Assembly: GCA_963749915.1 (NCBI GenBank)
Contig: CAVVOP010000020.1
Location: 64,001-128,000, forward strand
Source: an uncultured cyanobacterium
Lineage (GTDB): Bacteria > Cyanobacteriota > Cyanobacteriia > Cyanobacteriales > Cyanobacteriaceae
Length of the DNA: 64,000 nt
Reading direction: 5' to 3'
Within the stretch, counting starts at the first letter, position 1, and every line of letters begins with the position of its first letter. Below are positions 1 to 9,702 of the stretch, piece after piece. Under the pieces are notes generated by a model. It ran no database searches. It saw only the letters and a program-made list of their open reading frames with translations, and was not told the origin of the DNA. The translations under genes were made by a program, and so were the position numbers.

Positions 1-2
1 GA

Positions 3-743
3 GAGATACTTATTAATGGTGATAAATTAAGTCAAAAATCTAAGTATTTATTGGGAGTTGCACCGCAGGAAAATTTACTTTATAATCAGCTTATTTGTGC
101 ACAAAATTTGGCTTTTTTTGGAAAAATTTATGGTTTAAAAGGCACGCAATTAAAAACTGCTATTTATGAAAATCTAAAGGCGGTTAATTTATTAGCAAAA
201 AAAGATGATACGGTGGCAACTTTAAGCGGTGGAATGCAAAGAAGACTTAATATTGCTGTGGCTTTAGTGCACAATCCCCGATTACTGATTTTAGATGAGC
301 CTACTACGGGTTTAGATATTGAATCTCGTTACGAAATTTGGCAGTTAATTCTAAGTTTAAAACAACAGGGTATCACCATTTTATTAACGACTCATTTACT
401 TGATGAAGCAGAAAAATTATGTGATTGCATCGGCATTATAAAAGGGGGGAAAATTATAATTGAGGGCAGTTTAACACAATTAAGAAAGGTAATTCCTGCA
501 AAAGAGCTTATTTTTATCCAGACGAAGGAAAAAGAAAAAGCAATTAAGCAAGGAGAGAAAGTAGGTTTTAGTCACCGTTATTATCAAGGAGAATTAGCTT
601 TTTTAACCGATAAATCTTTAGAATTACCGGAAATTATTAAACTTTTTGAAGGAATAAATTTAAGTGCAATTACAAAAAAACCGATTAATTTGGAATACAT
701 TTATTTAGAAGCAACAAATAAATTGATAACTGATAATTGTTAA
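3..743 (+). CDS. ABC transporter ATP-binding protein (ABC-2/drug-export type), 5'-partial
   Basis: LSGGMQRR signature, LLILDEPT Walker B, TTH H-loop; frame is open back to position 3, so Walker A lies outside the window. Confidence 0.9.
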   Translation, partial: EILINGDKLSQKSKYLLGVAPQENLLYNQLICAQNLAFFGKIYGLKGTQLKTAIYENLKAVNLLAKKDDTVATLSGGMQRRLNIAVALVHNPRLLILDEPTTGLDIESRYEIWQLILSLKQQGITILLTTHLLDEAEKLCDCIGIIKGGKIIIEGSLTQLRKVIPAKELIFIQTKEKEKAIKQGEKVGFSHRYYQGELAFLTDKSLELPEIIKLFEGINLSAITKKPINLEYIYLEATNKLITDNC

Positions 744-764
744 TTGTTAATTGTTAATTGTTAA
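734..764. repeat. Heptamer tandem repeat (TAATTGT)x4, STRR-like
   Basis: Read directly; overlaps the stop codon of the ABC gene. Confidence 0.85.
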
Positions 765-827
765 GCCCATTCCCCATTGCCTCTTTTTTATTAATAATTT
801 ATCAGACCCAAACTGGAAGAACCATTA

Positions 828-2942
828 TTAATTTCTATTCTGCCATGCTTTGACTAATTTTATCTCATCATAGCTATAGTTTTCCCCTAATTTATCTTTA
901 ATTATTTTTAGGGGTTGATTGCCCAGTTTATTAAGAATATCTATGATAGTTTTTTGTTTATTTTGGTTAACAAATTTATCTAAATTTATTGGTTGATTGA
1001 GTTCAATTAATTCGGTAAAATGATTAATAATAGTACTAACAGTTAAACCTCTTTTTTGGGCAATTTCTGTTACCGTTAAATTTTGTTGATATAGCTGTAA
1101 AGTTTTCATTTGAGTATCACTAGGTAAAGCAATGGGTAAGATTTCTTGATGACAAAAAGCCAAAATTTCTCTCAGAAAATGATCGCCATATTTTTGTAGC
1201 TTATATTCTGTTACTCCTGATAATTTATCTAAAGTTTCTCTATTTTTCGGTTGCATTTGTGCCATGAGTTTTAGAGTTGAATCTCCAAAAATAACGTAAG
1301 GGGCAATATTTTCTTTATCGGCCAATGTTTTTCTTATTTTTTTCAATCTTTGGAGTAATAACTCAATTTCTAAGGCTTTAGGGTTATATACTGTTGATAG
1401 TTTATCAACAGTATTATTTTCAACAGCAATTTTTACTTGTTTTTTTTGTCTTAATATTTCCCAACTTTCTTTATTTAGTTTTAAAATTCTATAACTATCA
1501 TTGGTCTGGTTTAATAAACCTTGATAAATAAGAGATTTTCCTAAGTATTCCCATTGTTTAGAAGTTCTATCTTTACCGATACCATAAGTTGACAATAAAT
1601 GATGTCCATATTTATAAATTTTTTCACCTCTTGAACCCCTTAAAATATCTATAATATGTTTAATACCAAATTTTTCATCGGTACGAGCAATACAAGATAG
1701 AAACTTTTGAGCTTCAATTGTCCAATCTTCAATTTCTTTGGGATTTAAACAGTTATCACAACCATCACAATTACCCTTAAATTTTTCGCCAAAATAACCT
1801 AATTGTACAATACGGCGACAATAATTAGTTTCAGCATATTCTATGACTTTTGTTAACTGTTGATAGGCTATTTTTTGCTCTTGCAAATTACTTTTTTGTT
1901 TAATAAAATAATCAATTTTATATTTATCATTAGGATTATATAGTAAGATACATTTAGCTGGTTCATTATCTCTACCTGCCCTTCCTGACTCTTGATAGTA
2001 ACTCTCGACATTACGAGGTAAATCATGATGAATGACAAAACGCACATCTGGCTTATTAATCCCCATGCCAAAAGCGACAGTTGCCACCATGATTCTCACA
2101 TCATCTCGAATAAAACTATTTTGATATTGCGATCGCATTTCATCACTTAAACCACCATGATAAGGCAAAGCTGAAATACCATCTTGACGGAGACGGGAGG
2201 CTAAATCTTCAGTTGTTTTACGAGCAAAACAATAAATAATACCAGAGCCTTCTAAATGGCGAATTAGGTTAAAAACTTGTTGATAAGTGCGTTTTTGTCG
2301 TGGTTGCACCTCATAATAAAGATTACTACGATTAAAGCTAAAACGGTGAATTGCCGGATTTTTTAAGTTAAGCTGATGTATAATATCCTGTTGTACTCTG
2401 GTTGTTGCCGTTGCCGTTAAGGCCATAAGAGGAATGGAAGGGAAACGAAAACGTAACTGTCGCAATTGACGATATTCTTGGCGAAAATCATGCCCCCATT
2501 CTGAGATACAATGGGCTTCATCCATAGCAAAAAAGGAAATAGTTATAGTAGAGGCGATAGCGTATAAAAAATCTTGGAATCTTTCACTAACTAGCCTTTC
2601 TGGTGCAAGATAAAGTAACTTGATTTTTCCTGATAAAATTTCTTGCTCTCGGCGACGTACTTCTTTAAAATCGAGAGTACTATTAAGAAAAGTAGCACCA
2701 ATGCCATTATCCTGCAAGGCAGTAACTTGATCTTGCATTAAGGAGATGAGAGGGGAAACAACTATAGCGACACCTTTTTTCAGTAAAGCAGGAAGTTGAA
2801 AACAAAGGGATTTACCGCCGCCAGTGGGCATTATAATCAATAAATCTCGATTAAGAAGAGCTTGGTTTATAATTTCTTCTTGTCCATTACGAAAACTATC
2901 ATAACCAAAATACTGCTTTAAAGATTCTTGTAAGGATGTCAT
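828..2942 (-). CDS. recQ: ATP-dependent DNA helicase RecQ
   Basis: MPTGGGKS, DEAH, ATVAFGMG, QESGRAGRD, Zn-binding CRR..CDGCDNC, RQC and HRDC domains; ATG at 2942 preferred over the TTG at 2948. Confidence 0.97.
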   Translation of the reverse strand: MTSLQESLKQYFGYDSFRNGQEEIINQALLNRDLLIIMPTGGGKSLCFQLPALLKKGVAIVVSPLISLMQDQVTALQDNGIGATFLNSTLDFKEVRRREQEILSGKIKLLYLAPERLVSERFQDFLYAIASTITISFFAMDEAHCISEWGHDFRQEYRQLRQLRFRFPSIPLMALTATATTRVQQDIIHQLNLKNPAIHRFSFNRSNLYYEVQPRQKRTYQQVFNLIRHLEGSGIIYCFARKTTEDLASRLRQDGISALPYHGGLSDEMRSQYQNSFIRDDVRIMVATVAFGMGINKPDVRFVIHHDLPRNVESYYQESGRAGRDNEPAKCILLYNPNDKYKIDYFIKQKSNLQEQKIAYQQLTKVIEYAETNYCRRIVQLGYFGEKFKGNCDGCDNCLNPKEIEDWTIEAQKFLSCIARTDEKFGIKHIIDILRGSRGEKIYKYGHHLLSTYGIGKDRTSKQWEYLGKSLIYQGLLNQTNDSYRILKLNKESWEILRQKKQVKIAVENNTVDKLSTVYNPKALEIELLLQRLKKIRKTLADKENIAPYVIFGDSTLKLMAQMQPKNRETLDKLSGVTEYKLQKYGDHFLREILAFCHQEILPIALPSDTQMKTLQLYQQNLTVTEIAQKRGLTVSTIINHFTELIELNQPINLDKFVNQNKQKTIIDILNKLGNQPLKIIKDKLGENYSYDEIKLVKAWQNRN

Positions 2943-3047
2943 TAGCAATTAACAATGAACAATTAAAGAATACCGCGTACAGGATAGACAATCCCAAATT
3001 GTGATTTTTGACTTCTACTATCTTTATAGTTTACACCAAAAATTAAT

Positions 3048-4724
3048 ATGAACAAAAAACGGCAAAATACCGCAATCTACTATAAACCTGATGGTTACGA
3101 CACCAAAGGACAAAGACTATTAGGCCGACAATCTGCTGGAGAAGGTTTTTTGAAAGCCTATATTCAATCCTATGAAGGAGACACTATTTGTTGTCATAGT
3201 GATAATGATGAAGAATTTCGCCATTTTCAACAGACTGTATCCCCCTGGTTAAACAAACCGGTTAAGACTAAGTTCATTAACAGAACACAACCTCATCAAT
3301 TAGCAGAAATCGGTAATCTTTATATTCCTGGCCCCAGTTTAGCCGATTTTGCATGGCAAAGAAGATTTTATGATCAAAGGGGTTATAGTATTTGTGGGAT
3401 TACTCACACTATCTCTAGTAAAGAAGCCTTTAGCAATATTGGTAATTTATTAACGGCACCAATTCAATCTTGGGATGCTTTAATTTGTACATCGAAAGCG
3501 GTGAAAGTAGGGGTGGAAAAAATCCTTTACGATTGGGGAGAATATCTAGGGCAAAGATTTAACTGTAATATTAATTTAGATTTGAAATTACCGATTATCC
3601 CTTTAGGAGTTGAGGTAGACAAATTTCAATATAATCCTGAGTTTGGAAATACTATTAGACAAAGATTAAATATAACAGAGGATGATATAGTTATTTTATT
3701 TCTTGGTCGTTTAATATTTTATGCCAAAGCTCATCCAGTGCCAATGTATTTAGCCTTAGAAAAAGCAGTTAAACAAATCAATCATCAAGGTAAAATTTAC
3801 CTACTCCAATGTGGTTGGTTTGAAGATGAAAGAGAGAGAACTTCTTTTCAACAAAGTGCGGCGGAATTTTCCCCTTCTATTAATCATGTATTTTTGGATG
3901 GAAGAAATCAGGAAATTCGTCAAAAAGTTTGGTCTTCCGCAGATATATTTATTTCCCTAGCGGATAATATTCAAGAAACTTTTGGATTAACTCCCATTGA
4001 AGCCATGGCCGCTGGTTTACCCGTTATTGTCTCAGATTGGAATGGTTATCAAGAGTCTATTCGTCATGACATAGATGGTTTTCGGATTTCTACAGTTATT
4101 CCCCTTAAAAATAATGCCCTAGATTTAGCTCATTATTATCATATTGACCACATGAATTATAGCACTCAGATGGCTTATGCTTGTTTTGCCACTATGGTTG
4201 ATATTGATGAATGTGCCACTGCTTTAGTTAAATTAATAGATAATCCTGATTTGAGAAAAAAAATGGGTGAAAATGGAAGGCAAAGAGTTAAAGATATTTA
4301 TGACTGGCAAAATGTACTTAAGTCTTATTATCAATTATGGGAAGAATTAGCGGAGATCAGAAATGTAAAAGAAATGTCTGTACCTGTGCAAAAAGAAACT
4401 CCTTTTCATCCTTTATGTGATGATCCTTTTAATCTATTTAGTCATTATAGTACGGACCATCTTTATCCAGAAACTAAGTTAAAAATAGGCTTGATGGCCG
4501 AAGAAAACTCCCTACAAAAAATTCGGACTATTTGGGCAACAAATTTTGGTGGTAATTATCGTTTATCTAATAAAATTATTGATCAAATAATCGGGGATTT
4601 GCAAACTCATGAAAGTTTGAATGTTGCTTATTTTATGGCGATTTATGGCAAAGAAAATCCCCACATATTAATTAGAACTTTAATGTATTTACTCAAGTTT
4701 GATATTTTAATAATTAACCATTAA
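3048..4724 (+). CDS. Glycosyltransferase family 4 (GT-B)
   Basis: ETFGLTPIEAMAAGLPV (EX7E) motif. Confidence 0.9.
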   Translation: MNKKRQNTAIYYKPDGYDTKGQRLLGRQSAGEGFLKAYIQSYEGDTICCHSDNDEEFRHFQQTVSPWLNKPVKTKFINRTQPHQLAEIGNLYIPGPSLADFAWQRRFYDQRGYSICGITHTISSKEAFSNIGNLLTAPIQSWDALICTSKAVKVGVEKILYDWGEYLGQRFNCNINLDLKLPIIPLGVEVDKFQYNPEFGNTIRQRLNITEDDIVILFLGRLIFYAKAHPVPMYLALEKAVKQINHQGKIYLLQCGWFEDERERTSFQQSAAEFSPSINHVFLDGRNQEIRQKVWSSADIFISLADNIQETFGLTPIEAMAAGLPVIVSDWNGYQESIRHDIDGFRISTVIPLKNNALDLAHYYHIDHMNYSTQMAYACFATMVDIDECATALVKLIDNPDLRKKMGENGRQRVKDIYDWQNVLKSYYQLWEELAEIRNVKEMSVPVQKETPFHPLCDDPFNLFSHYSTDHLYPETKLKIGLMAEENSLQKIRTIWATNFGGNYRLSNKIIDQIIGDLQTHESLNVAYFMAIYGKENPHILIRTLMYLLKFDILIINH

Positions 4725-4752
4725 TAATTGACAATTTAAAAGCCTTAAAAAA

Positions 4753-5007
4753 CTATATTATCTCATTGTCACTCTCTGCCGGTAGTGGTGTTCGATCACA
4801 ACTCCAAGCCCACCATACTTGGTTACACTCACACAAATAAAATTCTTGCCATTTGCGAGTATAATCATCCATTATTACAGGAGCGTTACGGTTGAGCCAG
4901 ACTCTTTTTGCTTGACGAGAATCAGCATGACAACAAGGACAATTAAATGATAGGACATGAGTAGCGGTTTTTGTCCATTCAGGTGCAAGACGAGAAAAGG
5001 CTTCCAT
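4753..5007 (-). CDS. Small Cys/Trp-rich hypothetical protein, possible Zn ribbon
   Basis: CPCC...CEC motifs, natural-looking composition, fills the intergenic gap. Confidence 0.7.
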   Translation of the reverse strand: MEAFSRLAPEWTKTATHVLSFNCPCCHADSRQAKRVWLNRNAPVIMDDYTRKWQEFYLCECNQVWWAWSCDRTPLPAESDNEII

Positions 5008-5010
5008 AAA

Positions 5011-5031
5011 TAGTTAATAGTTAATAGTTAA
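5011..5031. repeat. Heptamer tandem repeat (TAGTTAA)x3
   Basis: Read directly; a degenerate ATTGTTC run follows at about 5080-5110. Confidence 0.75.
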
Positions 5032-5120
5032 TAAGCAATATACAATAGTGGATATTGAACAACAGATACTGAATAATTAATTGTTCATTGTTTATTGTTC
5101 ACTGTTCATTTCTAATTATT

Positions 5121-6743
5121 ATGACATCAAATCAACCATCAGAAAAACTAAATTTAACCACTAAATTAGCCTTTGGTGCCGGAGATATCGGGCCGGCTTT
5201 AACTGCCAATATTTTAGTCTTCTTCCTCATGCCTTTTTTTACCAATGTGGCAGGTTTAAGTCCAGGTATTGCTGGATCTATTTTATTTGTAGGTAAAATT
5301 ACTGATGCTATCAATGATCCGATTATAGGGGTTTTTAGCGATCGAACTCAAACAAAATGGGGTAGGCGTATTCCTTGGATGGTAATTGCGGCGGTACCCT
5401 TTGGGATGACTTTCTTTTTACAGTGGATAGTGCCTAAATTTAGCGACAATCTTTCTCTTAATAATACCCTTTTATTTATTTACTATATGATGATAGGGAT
5501 TGTTTTTAATATTTTTTATACGGCGGTAAATTTACCTTACCAAGCCTTAACACCAGAGTTAACTCAAGATTACAATGAGCGTACTAGCTTGAATAGTTTT
5601 CGGTTTAGTTTTTCCATTGGTGCGAGTATTATCTCCTTAATTTTGGCAGGGGCAGTTTTTCAGGTTTATCAAGGCAATAATCAAGAAAAATATCTCATTT
5701 TAGGACTAATTTCTACTATTTTTTCTACCTTACCACTATTTTGGTGTCCTCTTATTATTAGAGAAAGAGGTTATCAACCTTTATTGAATATTAAACAAAG
5801 AAAAATCACTAGTTTTATTTTTATAAGTATCGCCACAATATTTATTATTTATAGTTTATTTACTTTTATTCATTCTATGTCGGGGGAAGATACTTTTACC
5901 GCCTTGATTTATTTGTTAATTGGTGGTTTTATTAGTATCATGGCATGGAGTTTAATAATTGCTAAAACTGAGAATCATTTATTACAACAACCCTTCGTCA
6001 ATGCTGATGAAAATAAACATAATAATTTAACCTATATTCAACAGTTAAAAATAGTTTTTGAAAATCGTCCTTTTCTCTATGTAGTTGGCATTTATTTATG
6101 TTCATGGTTAGCGGTGCAATTAACGGCTTCTATCCTACTTTATTTTGTGGTTAATTGGATGGGATTATCTGAAGTTGAGTTTCCTAGAGTTGCGATCGCA
6201 GTGCAAGGAACAGCATTAGTCATGTTATTTGTGTGGCAAAAAATTAGTAATAAGCTAGATAAAAAAATAGTATATTTTCTCGGTTCAACTATTTGGATTA
6301 TTGCTCAAATTGGCCTATTTTTGGTACAACCTGGGCAAACATTTTTATTATATGCTTTAGCAATGTTGGCAGGATGTGGAGTCTCTGTAGCTTATCTAAT
6401 TCCTTGGTCAATGATACCCGATGTAATTGATTTAGATGAGTTAAATACAGGGGAAAGACGAGAAGGAATTTTTTATGGATTTATGGTCTTGTTACAAAAA
6501 TTTGGGTTAGCATTTGGACTGTTTTTAGTCGGTATTGCTTTAGAGGCTTCGGGATTTATCAAACCCATTGAAGGAGAAGTAATTCCTGTTCAGCCAGAAA
6601 GTGCATTATGGGCAATTCGTTTGGTAGTTGCACCTTTACCTGCGGTGGTTTTATTCGCAGGGATAATACTAGCTTATCTTTATCCTATTACTAGAGAATG
6701 TCACAGTAAAATTCGCTTACAGTTGCAAGAAAGAAAAAAATAA
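5121..6743 (+). CDS. MFS transporter, GPH/MelB (glycoside:cation symporter) family
   Basis: DAINDPIIGVFSDRTQTKWGRR, LTQDYNERT and GERREG motifs; ATG at 5121 preferred because the upstream TTG lies in a repeat. Confidence 0.9.
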   Translation: MTSNQPSEKLNLTTKLAFGAGDIGPALTANILVFFLMPFFTNVAGLSPGIAGSILFVGKITDAINDPIIGVFSDRTQTKWGRRIPWMVIAAVPFGMTFFLQWIVPKFSDNLSLNNTLLFIYYMMIGIVFNIFYTAVNLPYQALTPELTQDYNERTSLNSFRFSFSIGASIISLILAGAVFQVYQGNNQEKYLILGLISTIFSTLPLFWCPLIIRERGYQPLLNIKQRKITSFIFISIATIFIIYSLFTFIHSMSGEDTFTALIYLLIGGFISIMAWSLIIAKTENHLLQQPFVNADENKHNNLTYIQQLKIVFENRPFLYVVGIYLCSWLAVQLTASILLYFVVNWMGLSEVEFPRVAIAVQGTALVMLFVWQKISNKLDKKIVYFLGSTIWIIAQIGLFLVQPGQTFLLYALAMLAGCGVSVAYLIPWSMIPDVIDLDELNTGERREGIFYGFMVLLQKFGLAFGLFLVGIALEASGFIKPIEGEVIPVQPESALWAIRLVVAPLPAVVLFAGIILAYLYPITRECHSKIRLQLQERKK

Positions 6744-6759
6744 ATAATTCGACCTAATG

Positions 6760-7374
6760 TCAATTGTTGATTGTTTTAGGGCATCCTAAACTATCTCTAG
6801 TGGCCACCCCAGTAATAGGATTTACTCCTGTCGCCCTTTCACACATCAAGTTGACTTGATAACGATCAATCACAGCACCAGAAAAATCTGCACCTTCTAT
6901 GTTGGTGTCATAGAAGCGGGTACGGGTAGCTATGGCATCCACAAAAATGGCATCTCGTAAGTCAGATAAGTCAAAAGTAACACGATCGATTAAAGCACCG
7001 GTAAAATTAACGCCCCGTAAATCCGCATTTAGTAAAACTCCTTCCGTCATGATACTATTACTCAAATTAGAACCATGAAAAGAAACATTGCGCATATTAG
7101 AGGCCGCAAACACTGAACCTGTCAAGTCTTGATGAGAAAAATCTTTCCCCTCCAATTCACCATGGGTAAAATTAAGGATTTCTGCGTTAACAGGTTGAGG
7201 CGTTAATAAAATTAGGGCAATGCTTAAAAGTAATATCAAAAAGACGTAAAAGATACGCCAAAGCAAAGTTAAAAATCTGGTGGAAATCATAATTTTTTCT
7301 TGAGAAAGAGGATTCATTAATAGAACAAGACAATTAACACTGAAACGGTAAAATATTGAATTAGTCATGGTCAA
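6760..7374 (-). CDS. Pentapeptide repeat protein with signal peptide
   Basis: A(D/N)LxG pentapeptides, ATGVNPITGVATRDSLGC C-terminus; true start probably downstream (7317 or 7290). Confidence 0.9.
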   Translation of the reverse strand: MTMTNSIFYRFSVNCLVLLMNPLSQEKIMISTRFLTLLWRIFYVFLILLLSIALILLTPQPVNAEILNFTHGELEGKDFSHQDLTGSVFAASNMRNVSFHGSNLSNSIMTEGVLLNADLRGVNFTGALIDRVTFDLSDLRDAIFVDAIATRTRFYDTNIEGADFSGAVIDRYQVNLMCERATGVNPITGVATRDSLGCPKTINN

Positions 7375-7398
7375 TTATTTAATTCAGAGTCCCTTATA

Positions 7399-8931
7399 TT
7401 GATGTTAATTGTAGCGAAGATCACTAATTTACAGACAGAAAGATCGAAAATTTTATCTAATGTTAACGTTGGCTTTGTTCCGACTATGGGAGCGTTACAT
7501 TTAGGCCATGAAAGTTTAATTAAACAAGCCGTAGCAGAAAATGATTATGTAATAGTTAGTATTTTTGTTAATCCTTTACAATTTAGCATTAATGAAGATT
7601 TCGATAAATACCCGAGACAATTAGAGCAAGATAGAGTAAAGTGTGAAAAATTCGGGGTTAATCTCTTATTTACGCCTTCTCAGCTAGAAATGAATACCTT
7701 TAGCCGAGAAACTACTTTAGTTGTGCCTCCTGTCTCAATGATGTCGGTTTTATGTGGTAAATATCGACAAGGGCATTTTCAGGGAGTGGCTACCATTGTG
7801 ACGAAATTATTTAACTTGGTTAGGCCAAATATCGCTTATTTTGGTCAAAAAGATGCACAACAGGTAGTAATTATCGAAAAAATAGTCAATGATCTTAATA
7901 TTCCTGTGAAAATCAAATCATGTCCTATTATTCGAGAAGAATCGGGGTTAGCTTTAAGCTCAAGGAATCAATATTTAACCTCAGAAGAAAAACAAGAAGC
8001 AACTTTATTATTTAATAGTTTAAGTTTGGCTAAAGACAGTTTTTTAAAGGGAGAAACAAACACTAAAAATTTAATTTACATCATCGAAAAAGAGTTTAAT
8101 AATCATCCTCTTTTGAGATTACAATATGCAGAAATAGTTGATCCTAAAACTTTACAACCCTTGACGATTATTGCTGATTCTGCTTTAATGGCGATCGCTG
8201 CTTATTGTGGTGATGTTCGTTTAATAGATAATCTAATTCTAACCGTGAAAAAACCAATTATAGCCATAGATGGACCCGCAGGAGCGGGAAAATCCACCGT
8301 TAGTCGTCGTTTAGCCCATGAATTAGGGTTTATATACCTTGATACGGGGGCTATGTATCGAGGTATTACCTGGTTAGTCATAGAAAATAACATTAATGTT
8401 ACTGATGAAGATGCGATCGCTAAATTAGTGGATACAGCAGAAATTAAATTATTACCGAGTGCAGATCTAAAAATTCCCGTCACCGTTAAAGTAAATCAAC
8501 AAGAAGTGACCCAAGCAATTCGCACTCCGGCTATCACCGCCCAAGTATCAAAAATAGCCGCTCAAAAAGCCGTTAGAGAAAAAATGGTAAAACTACAACA
8601 AGAATATGGCAAACAAGGGAAAATTGTCGCCGAAGGCCGAGATATTGGTACAAATGTTTTTCCAGAGGCAAAATTGAAGATTTTTTTAACGGCATCACCC
8701 CAAGCAAGGGCAAAAAGAAGGTTAATTGACTTAGAAAATCAGGGAGAAAAAAACATTAAATTAGAGGAGTTAATTAGCGAAATTCAAGAAAGAGACTACG
8801 TTGACAGTACAAGAGAAATTGCTCCTCTAAAAAAAGCAGAAAATGCCATAGAAATTGTTACTGATGATTTAACCATTGAGGAAGTAATTAACAAAATTAA
8901 AAGTTATTTAACCAACAATTCTTCTCCTTAG
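7399..8931 (+). CDS. panC/cmk: Bifunctional pantoate-beta-alanine ligase / cytidylate kinase
   Basis: VPTMGALHLGH, GQKDAQQ, SSRNQY; then IDGPAGAGKST, DTGAMYR, EGRDIGT. Confidence 0.96.
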   Translation: MMLIVAKITNLQTERSKILSNVNVGFVPTMGALHLGHESLIKQAVAENDYVIVSIFVNPLQFSINEDFDKYPRQLEQDRVKCEKFGVNLLFTPSQLEMNTFSRETTLVVPPVSMMSVLCGKYRQGHFQGVATIVTKLFNLVRPNIAYFGQKDAQQVVIIEKIVNDLNIPVKIKSCPIIREESGLALSSRNQYLTSEEKQEATLLFNSLSLAKDSFLKGETNTKNLIYIIEKEFNNHPLLRLQYAEIVDPKTLQPLTIIADSALMAIAAYCGDVRLIDNLILTVKKPIIAIDGPAGAGKSTVSRRLAHELGFIYLDTGAMYRGITWLVIENNINVTDEDAIAKLVDTAEIKLLPSADLKIPVTVKVNQQEVTQAIRTPAITAQVSKIAAQKAVREKMVKLQQEYGKQGKIVAEGRDIGTNVFPEAKLKIFLTASPQARAKRRLIDLENQGEKNIKLEELISEIQERDYVDSTREIAPLKKAENAIEIVTDDLTIEEVINKIKSYLTNNSSP

Positions 8932-9005
8932 GCAATGATTTATGTCACCTCAGATGATAATAATAAGATAGTCTATAATTTTAAACATTTATATTCGGAG
9001 ATAAT

Positions 9006-9656
9006 TTGATGAAAAACGTAATTAAGCTGAGCTCAAAACTAATATTCCTGTTACCAATACCATTGATACTCTTAGCTACTCCTGCCGCTTTAGCACATCA
9101 TCCTATGGGTAAGATGACCCCCGATAACTTTTATGGTGGTTTTATGTCAGGTTTAGCACATCCTGTCATCGGTTTGGATCATCTAGCTTTTATAGTCGGG
9201 GTGGGATTATTAGGTAGTTTATCCTCTTGGGGTATGATTATCCCTATAGGTTTTGTTCTTACTTCGATACTAGGTACAGTTGCACATTTAATGAGTATAG
9301 ATTTACCTGTGCCGGAATTGATTATTTCTTTATCGGTGTTAATTAGTGGCTTAATGTTAGCTAAAGGAAATTTGCCCAAAAATCTTCCTGGGATAACTTT
9401 AGCATTGATAGCCGGAATTTTTCACGGTTACGCTTACGGAGAAAGCATTGTCGGTGCAGAAACGACTCCTTTATTTGCTTATCTAGCTGGTTTCGCTTTA
9501 ATTCAAACTCTTATTGCTTTTGGTTGTTATAAATGGGCAAAATCTTTGCAAAATCAGTCTTCTCCTAAAAATTCTTCCTCTTTAATAGTAAGATTTATTG
9601 GTTGTGTTATTTTCGGTATGGGTATAACTTTTCTGTCTAATTTTCTAGGGGCTTAA
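9006..9656 (+). CDS. HupE/UreJ family Ni/Co transporter
   Basis: ALAHHP after the signal peptide, HPVIGLDH, FHGYAYG. Confidence 0.9.
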   Translation: MMKNVIKLSSKLIFLLPIPLILLATPAALAHHPMGKMTPDNFYGGFMSGLAHPVIGLDHLAFIVGVGLLGSLSSWGMIIPIGFVLTSILGTVAHLMSIDLPVPELIISLSVLISGLMLAKGNLPKNLPGITLALIAGIFHGYAYGESIVGAETTPLFAYLAGFALIQTLIAFGCYKWAKSLQNQSSPKNSSSLIVRFIGCVIFGMGITFLSNFLGA

Positions 9657-9660
9657 ATAA

Positions 9661-9681
9661 TTAACAATTAACAATTAACAA
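9661..9681. repeat. Heptamer tandem repeat (TTAACAA)x3
   Basis: Read directly. Confidence 0.75.
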
Positions 9682-9702
9682 TCAATTATTAATTAAATTA
9701 TT

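Noticed and set aside
8932..9005. Cobalamin riboswitch before hupE/ureJ
   Set aside because: The gap is only 74 bp, AT-rich and has no B12-box
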